A program made the position numbers and the translations under genes. From Eledone cirrhosa (taxonomy: Eukaryota): a stretch of 64,000 nt of DNA. Positions 13,623 through 27,939 of this stretch are shown here, piece after piece. The first letter of the stretch is position 1. Each line of letters begins with the position of its first letter. The notes under the pieces were generated by a model, which ran no database searches, was not told where the DNA came from, and saw nothing but the letters and a program-made list of their open reading frames with translations. The DNA lies in assembly GCA_964016885.1 (NCBI GenBank), contig OZ024742.1:83452001-83516000 (forward strand). Reading direction: 5' to 3'.

Positions 13623-14333
13623 TTTTTCAATGTTTGTACGCATAATTGACCTCCTTTCCAACGCAAGAGACATACAGATACATATATATATATTGATGTA
13701 CAGTGGAGTGGCATATATTATACTATACTATTTTTGTACAGCAATTCAAACATAAGTAAGGATGATTCCGTATGTGATGGATGTAGAAACTATAACTTAC
13801 CTTTTATGAATGTGAAAATGATGGTGGATACGAAAACCATAACTTTCTTTTGCTTCTTCTTTTTATTTTTATTTTTCTGCACACATACTTTTTTGTTCTA
13901 TACAAAAAATACCTTACCACTACAACCACCATAATAATCTTGCTTACCCGCTTAAAGTGCTTGCATTACATGTAACACCCTGCCACACAATAATAGTATA
14001 AAAATGAGACACACTTGCATGTTCCACGTGTAACTAACGCATCAACTACCTACTAGACCTGACTATCAAACTATCCTCTTGCATTATCTGTGTTATCTGC
14101 CGAATGTATTTTTATTTTGATTTTTATTTTTATTTTTATTTTTATTTTTATTTTTATTTTTATTTTTATTTTTATTTTTATTTTTATTTTTATTTTTATT
14201 TTTATTTTGAATTGCTGTACAAAAATAGTATAGTATAATATATGCCACTCCACTGTACATCAATATATATATATGTATCTGTATGTCTCTTGCGTTGGAA
14301 AGGAGGTAAATTATGTGTACAAACATTGAAAAA

Positions 14334-14380
14334 TGCTTCGAAGACCCCAAGCCTAGGTTTGGATGAAACAATTGTAAGTG
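14334..14380 (+). ncRNA. Type I hammerhead ribozyme motif, variant core
   Basis: tgct-TCGAAGA-ccccaagc(ctag)gtttggat-GAAAC-aatt-GTA-agtg. Confidence 0.6.
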
Positions 14381-14414
14381 AATAAATGCTTTGAACATAG
14401 CTTTGATTCTTGTG

Positions 14415-14478
<64 letters not shown>

Positions 14479-14489
14479 TCCTTTTTTAA

Positions 14490-15640
14490 GGTTACGTCAT
14501 GTCGTTTTGGAAGGGCGTACATGTAAACTCAATATGGACATCAAAGCCCTGAGTGAAATATGGATTTGGTGGGAAGGAAGATTCGACAAAACTGATTCTG
14601 GATTTTGGAAAGGCAAGGATAAAGGGCTAAAAAACATCCAAGGAGTCGGTTTTGCTATTTAAACCTGCATCATATGAGTCCATCACTTAACAGTAACTAC
14701 CACCAATGAACGGCTTGTGACACTTTGTTTACCACTGCATAGAGAGCATTACATCACTCCCATGTCTGCTTATGCTCCAACTCTTGATGTTGGTGAAGAA
14801 GCAAAGATTCAATTTTCAAACTTCTAAGTAATATCATTGTCATCGTACCACCGAAAGAGAAACGCTTGCTACGAGTGGATTTCAATACAATAGTAGAAAA
14901 GAATAATCGCCTATGGACAAAGTGAAGGCGCATGGCTTAGTGGTTAGAGCATTGGGCTTGCAATCGAAAGGTTGTGAGTTCAATTCTCAGACCGGGTGAT
15001 GTGTTGTTTCCTTGAGCAAGACACTTTATTTCACGTTGCTCCAGTTTACTCAGCTGTAGAAATGAGATGATAGGACTGGGGTCCCTATCATCAAATTACC
15101 CAAGAAACCTCCAACGAGATATACCTTGTAGGAGGCCAGCTAATCCTGCAAAGGTGAGAGCTGTCACACACACTATGGACAAATGCCTTCGGTAAAGTAG
15201 GCGTCGGGAATTGCAACTCCAGTGGGTATCTGCTACTAGGTCTATACATGGAACTATTTATTCATCACGAATACCCTTTTCAGACTTCCAGCTCGCTTCA
15301 AAACCTCATGAATTTATCCTCGATCCAATCACTTCATCTGATAAACTATGCCATCATACAGCAACAAGACAAAAGACACGTCCTCACCACCAAGGTGGGA
15401 CATAATCCTGACTACCGCTTGACATATCATCGACTTATCACCACACGCGTGTGAATCACCAAAAAACATGAATGCAACATCAACCTCCATCTTGTAGAAA
15501 ATATGACATCTCAAAATTCCAGCACCCTGACATTGCAACCACCTATGAAGCCAAAACAAGTCAGGAACTTAGTTCTAATCCAGACAATGTGCAATCCGTT
15601 GATGTAGGATGGAGAACCATTGGTGATATAGTCACAGAAA
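14490..15640 (+). pseudogene. Decayed RTE-type LINE APE endonuclease region, interrupted by a SINE
   Basis: Motifs ALSE, FWKGK, GVGFAI, SAYAPT, DFN, GKVGVGNCN and HLINYAI in broken frames. Confidence 0.75.
14922..15172 (+). mobile_element. tRNA-derived SINE, family S2, with 11-bp TSD
   Basis: A-box tggcttagtgg, B-box gagttcaattc, tccttgagcaagacacttta core, (CA)n tail; ctatggacaaa at 14911-14921 and 15173-15183. Confidence 0.9.
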
Positions 15641-16015
15641 CTGTTGGGGTGTGTATCACCAACGTTGTTTTAACGTCTGCTATCCCTGGTTTCCCTGGAA
15701 TTTATGACATGGAATAAATTAAGACTTGGATCATCTTAGAGTTTAGGAGTATTCTCCCCTTTTTTGTTTCTTTAAAGGTACGTTTCTGTATTGAAATTAC
15801 AAGGACAGTCTCAACTTTGCTGTTGTTTTTGTTTTGTTTTTCACTCTGAAACTTCTCTCTTCTGTCTTACACGTTTGTTTGTAGATTCTAATACTTTTGC
15901 CTTACCTCTCTCTTTCTCATTTCACAGTCTACGCTAATTTTCTTCATTCATTCTTTCTTTCTCTTTCACTCTCTACTTTCCTCCCTTTACCATTTTAGTC
16001 ACCGTCTTTATCACA

Positions 16016-16099
16016 TTCTTCTTCTTCTTCTTCTTCTTCTTCTTCTTCTTCTTCTTCTTCTTCTTCTTCTTCTTCTTCTTCTTCTTCTTCTTCTTCTTC
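16016..16099. repeat. (TTC)n microsatellite
   Basis: Direct reading. Confidence 0.98.
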
Positions 16100-19000
16100 A
16101 CTCTCTCTCTCCCTCTCTCGTGGTTCTGTGCACGTTCAACACACAAGTGGATTCCAACAAAATGAGGTTTAGAAATGGTGAGATAATTAATAACAATGCT
16201 TACAATATGCAAAAAAATTGAAAATGGCATGCCGTATGGCCAAATGCCTACCACAAAACAATATTGAATGCCTTGAAGAGCTAGGATGTCTTCAGATCAA
16301 TAGTTCTCATAGAAAAAGTAAGTTTGACATTTTTACAATTGAAATGAAACAACGCTAAAAAACTAAACAAGATGTAAATATTGAGAATACTGGGGCAATG
16401 AAATATATTGTATTATGTATGTGTGTGTGAGTTTTTATATGTGTTTTCGTCTATATGGGTGCTTATTTTTCAGTTCTACACATACGCCCATTCATTAATA
16501 CCTTTGCAGAAAATCTGTAGCTTTTTGCACGGCTGATTTGAGGAATTTGACACATGTAGTTTTGGTTAATGAGTGCTTTGGTATTTTATATATATCCGTA
16601 ATTCAATTAGTTTGCTTACATCTTGGATACTTTCTTGCATCCATCTTCCTATTCTAACTCCCACATAACATTTTAAACTTTGTCTCCAGCAGATAGAACA
16701 TAAGAGTTGCCCTCGTCAAAATATGTCACAGATAGATTACGTGAGGAAATAATTGTCCGTTTCATATAACATCCGCCATTGACGATGGGGAAATTATGGT
16801 ACCATGTGTTACCTATTAAATAAAGATAAGGAAAGATGGACACATATTTGACTGGAATGAGTTCGGGCGTTTGGATTTGTTTCACCCTTTGAAAATTAGT
16901 TAAACAGTATTAGTAATGTACTGAGGTCTATTAAATCAACCGTTATGCACATGACAATGTGTTCTCAATTTTAGAAATCAGTATTTCTTTATAAATAGCC
17001 ACACATTGACTCTAATATATTTCAGGTATTTATTTTATCATCTCTGAAAAGAGAAAAGCAAAGTCATTCAAATTATCCATTTTGAGATTTGAACACAAAA
17101 CGGTGTAAAATTGTTGTAATGCGTTTCGTCGTAAGCTTTACTCGATCTGACATTTCACACATTTACTTAAACTCTCATATTATATAACACAAAGAGACGA
17201 TGGTTATTTCAGCTTTGTAAAATATTTGAATCTATATCATCTGCTGCAAAGTACTCCAGTATATGCAGCATGAAAATATCATTTTAAAAGCACAATTTTC
17301 CTAATATACTTATTCTATTCTTGTTTGTAATATTTCACTTCTCTTGAATTATTGCTGCAACTGATACGATCGTCATATTCACTTCAGCTTACGTCTTAAT
17401 ACAAACAAGAAATTTACACAAGATCTATTATCAGTTAATTTAGATTTCCGTTTCATTTAATTCCATCTTGCAATCACTTTGCGGGTGTTACGTTTTCTTA
17501 CAACATTCGAGTAATTGCTGTACTACTTTGTATAAAGTACTTGCTGATGTGACAGAAAAAAACTATTTTCACAGTTAATGGCTATGCAGAAATTCTGAAA
17601 GAAAGTGTAGGTGGCATAGAAGTGTGTTGCTATAGTTAATTCCACTTTGCCTTCTCCTTGAGTTATCCACCCTCCCTCAGGGGGACAAAAAATATTTTTC
17701 AATGCATTCGACCACATGTCACACATGCAGCCTGGTCTCCATGACAACACCACCTCTAGTCATTTCAATAGTGATTTGGTAAACGTTACCTTGCTGAAAT
17801 TATTGATTCTCAATTTGAAAGTTATGAAAACTCCTGTTCTTTAATTACCGAGCAGCATAATTTCTACATGTCAATCTTATTGATTTGTAAAAGCCAATTA
17901 GGGACCAAATTAATTATTTCCCTATTTTCATCAGCAAGGTATAGAACTGATATATTGTTTTACCAATAAATATAACCTGATTTAAGAAACATTATGAAAC
18001 CTAGATGCTGCGCTTTTCTCGGCTCGTCAAATACATGAATCTTCACACAATAATTTTATTGACCAGAATATAACATTAAAAACGGAATATCGTATATATA
18101 TATATATCCAGGTTGATCCAGTTTTAAGTCTTAAACAAGGAATTTCAACGATTTTCTACTTATGGTTGAGATAACGTGAGAAAAACTAAAATTCAAATAA
18201 ATGACAGTTGTTTAAGTGGACCTGTGATCGAAGGCATCTAAGTCATGACCTTTCCCTCAGTTTTCATAATTGCTGTATCTAAAGCTGCATTATACATTAT
18301 GTCTTTTTTGTAGAGTGGGATTTGAAAGAGATATAGCTACTGTTTTTGCAGGTCGAACGAGTTTTCAACATTGAAAATGACTTTGCTCACAACTATATGA
18401 GAATTCAAATGTATTCTAGCCGGCACCGAAATATATACTTTGGGGGTCAATGCAGTATTAATTGAAACGGTGAAATCCCTTTCTAATGTAGTCTTAGTGT
18501 GTATAATGTACTAGATAAACGTTTCAAGTTTATTGTTATATATTTATTTTGTATGCGTGGTAGGAACGTTAGGCTGCAAGATTTAATAATATTTCCCATG
18601 AGCGATTTACCAAGCACGATTACTACTCTTTTGGCAGGTGGGATGATTATTATGATGACTTGGCAAGCCACAAACTCATTCCTATTGGGGACGGAAATAT
18701 CTCTCTCGTTATCTCTGCGGCCAAGATAAAGCTATACTCAAACTTCATTTTGAGATTGGATCTGTGCAGCTACGTGTTTCACAATCTACGCCACTCACCT
18801 GTCTCACATAAATATAAAAAAACATTCATCCACTTACTAAGGATTAGATTTTCACGTCCACAGTCTCCTAACTATATCTGCATTTTTTAACATTCTTCAA
18901 ACTGCTCCGACAACTAATAACGTTTCCACCATATAATATCGTGTATCGGGAAAACGTGTCTCCGAGATATCCTTGTTCTCGGTGACCTCAAACGTAACAC

Positions 19001-20049
19001 ATTTTTATGATTCACACACTCGTTTCATGTCATCTTACCGCGACTATCCATTACTCATCTACACACTATGAACAACTATAGATGTTCCGGATCTTTTTGA
19101 TGACTACTCAGATCTCCATGAGTGTTCTGCTAATTATCCTTGTCGGTAATCGTTTCCATGTGGATGTCAGAATGCATTGTCTCAGACATGTCACAATAAA
19201 TTCAACACGCAACTAAAGCTTATAGTCCTAAAGCCTAAAGTCCTAAAGCTTTCTGCAGAAGTTCAGGCAAAAATCAGTAAGTCGAAACTGACTTTTAGCC
19301 AGCATAACAACTCATATAGACCAACATTCACCACGAAGTCTACTAACTCCCAAACTAAGTGATACTTTTATTACGTCATTGAATTCATCGCTAATAACAT
19401 TCCAGATTTATTCTTCCCTCCAGGTTTCAACTTTTCTATCACCTCTTGTTTATTCTTTACGCTTCCTTCTCTATATCAATTATATGTTTTCTGTTTCACT
19501 TACCCACACAACTCAAACGCTTAACCACTCCGTGAAGTTCCACAAATAAATATCCGATACAAGTAATTTTGTCATATCACACCAGAACTGTCATGTCTCT
19601 ATGAATAGAAACCTCAAAAATAACTTTCAATTGGATCATCAAGACCGTGTCCCTTTCGACAATACATATAATCAATCTCTTCAGTTATCAACAAAATTGT
19701 CCTACTTTTGACTCTATTTCTATGAATGGCATAATCTAAACCAGTGGAGCCTCATACTAATGCTAGGCAACACAATCGTCTTTTAGAAAAACTATGTTTT
19801 CACTTCAGACCAAATGAGAAGTTCTGTCCTCGGCAGATTCTTGCCATTTACAAAGCAGAAAAATGAGTTACATTGACTATCTGTGCGCATAGCGTGGCTA
19901 GGCCTGCTGTTAAACTTACAAATATTCCAGATCACATGCAAAAACTGGCTATTTGAAGATTTAGAAAATTATCCCTCACCATCTTAATATAAGATATGTC
20001 CAGATTGGTTATATCAAAGAAACAGTTTGCTTGTGAAACTAATGTTCAC

Positions 20050-20250
20050 GCATCTAAGCATTCTACTAACAAGTTAACACTTAACGTGGTTTGCAGGGAG
20101 ATTCGGTGTACTACAGAGTGTAAAAAGGCTGGTCCACCGACAGATACAGTTCACTTCTGTCAGCTGAGTGGGCTGGAGCAACGTGAAATAACGTTTTTTT
20201 ACCGACGTTCCACGGGGAATCGAACGCACAATCTTATGACACGTGCCTTC
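20050..20250 (-). mobile_element. Decayed SINE, S2-related
   Basis: cagctgagtgggctggagcaacgtgaaata and gggaatcgaacgcacaatc are reverse complements of the S2 core and B-box. Confidence 0.7.
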
Positions 20251-21229
20251 ATGACTATCACAATATAAACCCGTTTACTATATCGTTATTAGAAAACTAA
20301 TGGCATACCAGCTTTACTTAATATATCGCTTCTCCTTTCATTTACCCTGGTGTGTCTTATATTTCAGACACTGCATTATGCATTTTGTTCCATATGTCCT
20401 CCTTAAAACTGACACTTCTACAATTCTACCTTATTCTGCGTTTTATTATATACACTGTGACTTAAAGATGCTCATAACGATGTTAGTGAACGATTACCTG
20501 AAAATCTCGAGTGAAAATACTATCCATTCTGTGACTAATACAAATAACAAAATACAAACCAGATCACCGTTAGCTATATAATTCATTGCGGTTGTTGTCG
20601 AAATTGTTTAGACCAGGTCACTGTTGAGCGGGAAGACCTACAATCAAACGCATTCTAGCTATTATCATCACGGGAAATTTATTTGGCATATCTAGCTACA
20701 CGGGCGATAGCGTAGAGGCTCTCTCGTTAAAAGTATTCATAGAAAGAACGAAAACGTAAAATTGCTTACCGAAAATGAACATTTATTATTTTGAGATAAG
20801 GTTATGTGTCTATTCTATATTTTATTACAATTTAGCCAGTCAGCTATATGGAAACACAATCTATTCGAGCTGTCACCGTTTGAACGTGAATGGTACTTAC
20901 AATTGAGGAAGAAAGAGTGTCTGGGGACATCAATATAGAATTATATATGGTTACGTATGATACGGAGATCAAAAGTGTACAGAAGAAATGGGTTCAAGAT
21001 ACATACGTGCATATACATATATTTACAAGAAATCTTCTTTATGACAATAGTATTTATAGCACGTGTTTTTCAGATTACAGGAAATAATAAAAAATATTAC
21101 ACAGTATAAAAATAATTTACTTTGATTTCTTTAAAATGTACACTTCATATTCTTTTGAAGACACCGCATATACACACCCTAACGAAAAATATATTTATAT
21201 ATACAAATATAGATACGTGTACGAGCATA

Positions 21230-21281
21230 CATACAAATATATATATATACAAGTATATATATATATATATATATTTACAAG

Positions 21282-21364
<83 letters not shown>

Positions 21365-21409
21365 ATATATATATATATACAAGTATATATATATATATAT
21401 ATATACAAG

Positions 21410-21441
<32 letters not shown>

Positions 21442-21444
21442 CAA

Positions 21445-21506
<62 letters not shown>

Positions 21507-21718
21507 ATATATATATACATATATATATATATATAAATATATATATATGTGTGTGTGTGTGTAAATTCACACACACATACACATACATCTATATATGTAA
21601 ATGTGGGAAGTAAATATGTTTAGACTTGCATAAATGTAATACTGAAACGAATAAAGAAAATAATGGAGTATTAATATGTATATCTATTAAAGAACAAAAA
21701 CATAAATATATCTATATC

Positions 21719-21754
<36 letters not shown>

Positions 21755-21872
21755 ACATACAAACACGTACATATACATACATACATACATGCATACATAC
21801 ACACACTGACATATATGTATATATATACATATATATACATATACATATATATATATATATTTATTAAAATAA

Positions 21873-21914
<42 letters not shown>

Positions 21915-22042
21915 TAAAATAAATACATACATATATACATATATATATATATTTATATATGTATATGTATAGATATATATGTGTGTATATACGTGTGTAT
22001 GTATATATATATACATATACATATATATATTTATTAAAATAA

Positions 22043-22090
<48 letters not shown>

Positions 22091-22091
22091 T

Positions 22092-22133
<42 letters not shown>

Positions 22134-22142
22134 TAAAATAAA

Positions 22143-22173
<31 letters not shown>

Positions 22174-22238
22174 GTATATGTATAGATATATATGTGTGTA
22201 TATACGTGTGTATGTATGTATATATACATATGAGTATA

Positions 22239-22325
<87 letters not shown>

Positions 22326-22340
22326 GTATGTGTGTGTGTG
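21230..22340. repeat. Complex (TA)n-based low-complexity region with local direct and inverted duplications
   Basis: Repeated ttattaaaataaatacatac and tacaagta interruptions, with one copy inverted (~22082-22100). Confidence 0.9.
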
Positions 22341-22640
22341 TTTCTATTAAGTTATATATCATCGTTTATACAAGTGTAAACAGATTCTTGTATGCATATG
22401 TTTATTATCACTTCTCTTCCACTATTCTCCTTGAGGACGATTTTGCTAAACTTTTGAACCTTTATATAACCTTGTTCCCGCTACTGAATCTGAATATATT
22501 TAGAATATGAATTTATCTATTGAAATTGTCCATATGTATAAACAAGCTCATACACAGACACACTCACTCGCTCGCGTGCACATACACACGCATTGATGCA
22601 AGCACACGCATAAGCACATACACTTACACCCAGCAAACAC

Positions 22641-22678
<38 letters not shown>

Positions 22679-22743
22679 TATACTTTAGTATATACATATA
22701 TGTATGAATACAATCACACAAACATATATATATCTAAATATAT

Positions 22744-22820
<77 letters not shown>

Positions 22821-22921
22821 AATATCTATATATATATATAATTATATATATATAATAGATATATGTATGTGTGTGTGTTAGTGTGATTGTATTCATACAT
22901 ATATGTATATATTAAAGTATA

Positions 22922-22988
<67 letters not shown>

Positions 22989-23338
22989 ATATAATATATG
23001 AAACAAAATATGCATGTATGTGTTTGTACATGGGTGTGTTTACTCGTATACACGTGTATGTGAGTACATATATATATGATCAAACTTATTTAGAGTCAAG
23101 GGCCTAGATAAAAAGAGAATGGGGCGGGGAAGAGATAGTGATTTCTTTTTATGATACTATACATACTGTCGTTTGAGAAATATTGCCAAAAGGTTCTTTA
23201 CTCTTTATTTGTTAAAAACAAAACAAAAAAGCAACAAATGTGTGTAATCATGTGATATGTTCTGTTTGAACTGTTATAAATATATATGTATGTGTATATA
23301 TATATATGTGTGTGTGTGTGTGCGTGTGTGTGTGTGTA

Positions 23339-23406
<68 letters not shown>

Positions 23407-23466
23407 AATATATATGTATATCTATATATATATATATATATGTCTGAATATACATATGTATATATG

Positions 23467-23498
<32 letters not shown>

Positions 23499-23499
<1 letters not shown>

Positions 23500-23687
23500 G
23501 AACTAGTAAGACCCCGACAGCTGAGCTCAAGCCGTTTCGACGGCTAATTCTGTCCAGAATTAGCCGTCGAAACGGCTTGAGCTCAGCTGTCGGGGTCTTA
23601 CTAGTTCCTATTACCCACTCTACTACCTCAAGTATTGAGTACTTTGGTGCGTTATGGTCCACCTGGTTCCTTACCACATTTCCTTCG

Positions 23688-23689
<2 letters not shown>
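23499..23689 (+). mobile_element. Family H fold-back element
   Basis: ggaactagtaagaccccgacagctgagctcaagccgtttcgacggctaattctg-tc-cagaattagccgtcgaaacggcttgagctcagctgtcggggtcttactagttcc is a perfect hairpin, followed by the 3' body and (TA)n. Confidence 0.93.
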
Positions 23690-23740
<51 letters not shown>

Positions 23741-23791
23741 CATATGTATGTATCTATATATCTATATATATGTGTGTGTGTGTGTGTATGC

Positions 23792-23861
<70 letters not shown>

Positions 23862-23971
23862 ATATATATATGATTGTATGTATATACATATATATACATA
23901 TATGTATGTGTGTATGTATATAGATATATATTTATATATACATATATATGCGATTGTGTGTTTGTATAAAT

Positions 23972-24225
23972 GGAGGGTGTTGGACTTACTATTATAATCT
24001 CGTGCGTTCTATTCCTGGGTTGCGTGTTGAGTTCTTGAGCAAAACTCTTCATCTCACGTTGCTCCAGTATACTCAGCTGAAAATGACTACCAGCAATAGC
24101 TGGGTGTTTAACCCTGCGATAGACTGGCGTCCTTTCCAGGGGAAGTCTTGTACTTTCAGTCGCTTCGTGCCATGAAACCGGAATAAGTACCGGCCAAATG
24201 AACCTTCTGGCTTAAGACAGACTTT
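23972..24225 (+). mobile_element. SINE, S2-related
   Basis: ttcttgagcaaaactcttcatctcacgttgctccagtatactcagctg core; ccctgcgatagactggcgtcctttccagggg. Confidence 0.8.
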
Positions 24226-24297
24226 AGAGTTTTAGTCTGTATAAACAAGGGTGTAAATGGAAAAATTTCAATTCTTTCATCAAAAGACTATCTTCAT

Positions 24298-24427
24298 TCT
24301 CTGACATATGTTTCGAATGAAATATGAATTCCAATCATTCGAAGTGTTGGTAAATTTTTCGCATAGTCATGTCTATCTCTAAGTTAGATATATGGCTATA
24401 TAGTCATATTCATACTCATCGTAGAGA
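24298..24427 (-). ncRNA. Hammerhead-like motif with long stem II, variant core
   Basis: Minus strand: tctct-ACGATGA-gtatgaatatg...atatttcattc-GAAAC-atat-GTC-agaga. Confidence 0.5.
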
Positions 24428-24973
24428 TAAAGAGTTTGTGTTGAATATTGTCACTGAAATATCTTTATCAGAGATGTATATAAACCATGCTTCTTAAGTT
24501 AAGTACAGAGTTTATTTCGATAGAAGTAATTTTTTCTGGGTTTTGTATTTTTCCCGTTGTTGGTATGTTAACACTTACTTTAGCAGGATAAAAAAAATAA
24601 ATGAATAAACAAAAATACCTTCTTATTTCTTCTCGTGAAGGGAGACATTCATGGAAACTAGCCTTCGAATTTTCATCCTGAGATAAAGTAAACCAGCTTT
24701 CAATAAATTCATATTTCGCACTACAAATGACATTTAAATAAGGGGCTACTATATGATACACCCTGAAATGCATATAGTCATGCTGGCATTCGCTCAAGTA
24801 TATTGACACGCCCATATCTGTGCATAATTTATTAGACTCCCTCTAAAGTTGCATTTACACATAGGTGCATGTAGATTGTGCAGAATACACGATATATACA
24901 GACATATATACACTCATATATATACATATATTTAGAGAGAGATAATAAACATACACACACACACACACACACA

Positions 24974-25043
<70 letters not shown>

Positions 25044-25366
25044 CTAACATAAGTATGCATCTGTGTATATATATGTTACTAGATATACTAATTCTTTATA
25101 ATTATCTCCAAAATTATTTGTCGAGCAAAAATGGCCAAGACTGCTGCTATAGTAGCAGTACGGCTGCTGTCTTACTAACAAACCACTATCCACTGATTGA
25201 CCTCGATGTCACGTGATTGATTCTTTTGAATTTGCCACCGACGCAGTAGGCAGTGATTTTATCAATGGCTTGGAATTAGTCCTCGCTTTGCTTTTTCCAT
25301 CCACTGAATTATTTTTGTATAAGTTCCCTGTGTCTACGTATTGCCTGGAAACTTAGCTGAGAATAG

Positions 25367-25448
25367 ACTTCCCTGATGACGAAAGGCTTCTCCGTGCGTT
25401 CTTCGCATAGTACGTTTAATCCCTTTCAGAAACTAATTAGTTGGGAGT
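25367..25448 (+). ncRNA. Type I hammerhead ribozyme motif
   Basis: acttcc-CTGATGA-cgaaagg...cctttca-GAAAC-taatta-GTT-gggagt; about 45 bp upstream of a (TA)n tract. Confidence 0.75.
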
Positions 25449-25494
25449 GAAATTTAAGTAAGTTAATTTTATAATTGTCTTATTTTACATCTCT

Positions 25495-25735
<241 letters not shown>

Positions 25736-25887
25736 ACAGTATTTTCCGTTGTGTTGTAATATAAATATTACACACAGTAGATTGACAGCTCACGTAGAGT
25801 TTGCTCGACGGTTCCAGTTGTAGTTCCAAAAGTAATCCGGAGAAAAATAGAAAGATTTGAATGGATACAGTTTAGTTGAAAGGAATT

Positions 25888-26006
25888 TATTGACACGTGT
25901 TTCTATAACAGTTACATAACCTGAAAACAGCTGCTATCTACAAAGTATTAGTTATGCAGACATTCAATATTTCAATGTTACTATTTACTTTCATTTCATC
26001 AGAATA
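25888..26006 (-). ncRNA. Hammerhead-like motif with long stem II
   Basis: Minus strand: tatt-CTGATGA-(~90 nt)-GAAAC-acgt-GTC-aata; stem II pairing is poor. Confidence 0.5.
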
Positions 26007-26752
26007 ATATTACTGAGGACCTGTTTGGTTTTTATAGAGAATATTAGGAGGGAGGGGTGAAGTTGTTAGAAGAATAGTTGAGGGAGTGGTTTTTTGATAG
26101 CAGTGAGAATTTTTGGTGGCAGTGAGTAATTAGATTCCCATCTGTTGTTTCGATATTTTTATAGAATATATTATTGGTTATTTTTCTAAATCTATAGAAG
26201 GATTAGAGATAGTAAAGATAGCTCTGACAGTTTGGCAGGTGAACAGTGAGCTGTACTGATGACGGGTGATACCTAGAAACATTAGTGTCTGCAGTTCTGT
26301 TCGCATGTCAACACAAGAGCAAGAATGAAGTGTTTATTCTACTGATATGGCTATAAAATTAAGGCTTGTTTGCATAATTGCAAACGAATCGAATGTTATT
26401 ATTAATATTCGAAAAACTCAGATTACATTTATATATATGTATATATGTATATATATATATATATATATAAATATATACACCTCAAGAGAAACCAATCTTA
26501 AAGAGATAGATGGAAGTAGGAGAGGAGAGATTGGTGAATTAGTTAGAAGCCAAAGCGTAAAGGCATGTGCTCAATGTGCAATATGCAGTGGAAAGCAGCT
26601 AGGTGGCTGGGTTCATGCAGAGGTTAGGTGCACAGAGCTGGAAATATTGATTAGTTAAGCAAAACAAGACCACAAATTTCACAAGGAAGACATTATTTTA
26701 GTTTGATGTAAGGAATGTAGAGAATAATAATAATATTAATAATACTAATAAT

Positions 26753-26854
26753 TGGTTCTACTTTTGGGCACAGGGCCAGCAATTATCCAGTACATTACTG
26801 GTACTTTATTTTATCGACCCCGTAAGGATGAAAGGCAAAGTTAACCTTGGCGGG
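26753..26854 (-). mobile_element. SINE S1, 5'-truncated
   Basis: Central block and tail; bounded by attaataatactaataat on both sides. Confidence 0.9.
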
Positions 26855-26872
26855 ATTAATAATACTAATAAT

Positions 26873-27055
26873 TGTTTCTACTTTAGGCACAAGGCCAGCA
26901 ATTACCCAGTGCATTACTGGTACTTTATTTTATCGACCCCGTAAGGATGAAAGGCAAAGTCAACCTCGGCGGGATTTGAACTCAGATCGTAAAGGGACGT
27001 AACTATGCTGGAAAGCATGGCGTCCGACCCTCTACCGATACTGCCAATCCACCCC
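26873..27055 (-). mobile_element. SINE S1, full length
   Basis: Head ggggtggattggcagtatcggtaga, B-box, central block; 18-bp TSD attaataatactaataat. Confidence 0.92.
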
Positions 27056-27167
27056 ATTAATAATACTAATAATGTCCGTTTACAATTGTCCGAATAATGT
27101 CCGTTTACAATAATTAACATAGGTAATTACCTATGTTAATTATTTTCAACTGAACCAGATCAATAAT

Positions 27168-27351
27168 TGTTTCTACTTTTGGCACAAGGCCAGCAATTAT
27201 CCCAGTACATTACTGGTACTTTATTTTATCGACCCCGTAAGAATGAAAGGCAGAGTTAACCTCGGCGGGATTTGAACTCTGATCATAAAGGGCCGTAACT
27301 CTTTGCTGTAGAGCATGGCGTCAGACACTCTACCGATACTGCCAATCCACC
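27168..27351 (-). mobile_element. SINE S1, full length, with 16-bp TSD
   Basis: gaaccagatcaataat at 27152-27167 and 27352-27367. Confidence 0.92.
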
Positions 27352-27939
27352 GAACCAGATCAATAATGATATATAATCATTTGATCCAGAAATATTATAT
27401 GGAGTAGCGAAACAATTGTAAACGGACATTATTAGTATTATTAATATTATTATTATTATTCTCTACATTCCTTACATCAAACTAAAATATGTTGACAATC
27501 TTTTAATAATGTCTTCCTTGTGAAATTTGTGGTCTTGTTTTGCTTAACTAATCAATATATATATTTAATATATCTCATATAAAATAATACAGCCACACAA
27601 TACATATAGTTAGCACCCCAAACGTTTAATTGGGAATATACTCTGCTTTTTCCTAATATTTGTTGAGTGAGTTGGAAATTGGTCGGTGTATCGTTAATAG
27701 CTTTCTCCGTTTATGTAATTATGTATGTATATATATATATAAATATATATATACATACATACACGCGCACGTGCTTATGTCTTCACAGATGGGCATGCAA
27801 CAATCCTCATGTAAACATTAATCCATGCCTCAGAAATAGTGTGTATGGGCTCATCCAAATATATATCACTATACATAGTCTCATATTACTACACGTTGCT
27901 GTGTGCGGCGTTATCAAAAATAAAACTAAATGTTGGAAA

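Larger units (their letters stand above)
13538..14418. repeat. ~215-bp inverted repeat pair (13538-13750 and 14205-14418) with HHR motifs, Penelope-like
   Basis: The ORFs MFKAFIHLQLFHPNLGL... on opposite strands mirror each other; the right arm ends in (TA)n; the spacer contains (TTTTTA)n at 14108-14208. Confidence 0.9.
26645..27560. repeat. Inverted duplication (26645-26752 plus 27056-27089 versus 27412-27560) enclosing three SINEs
   Basis: atattgattagttaagcaaaacaagaccacaaatttcacaaggaagacattatt is reverse-complemented at ~27505-27558. Confidence 0.9.

Noticed and set aside
14922-15000. tRNA genes (here and at other SINE heads)
   Set aside because: A-box and B-box continue into SINE bodies with TSDs; I could not build a complete cloverleaf.
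18560-19760. Possible old Penelope coding remnant
   Set aside because: Composition is suggestive but I found no motif I could anchor a call on.
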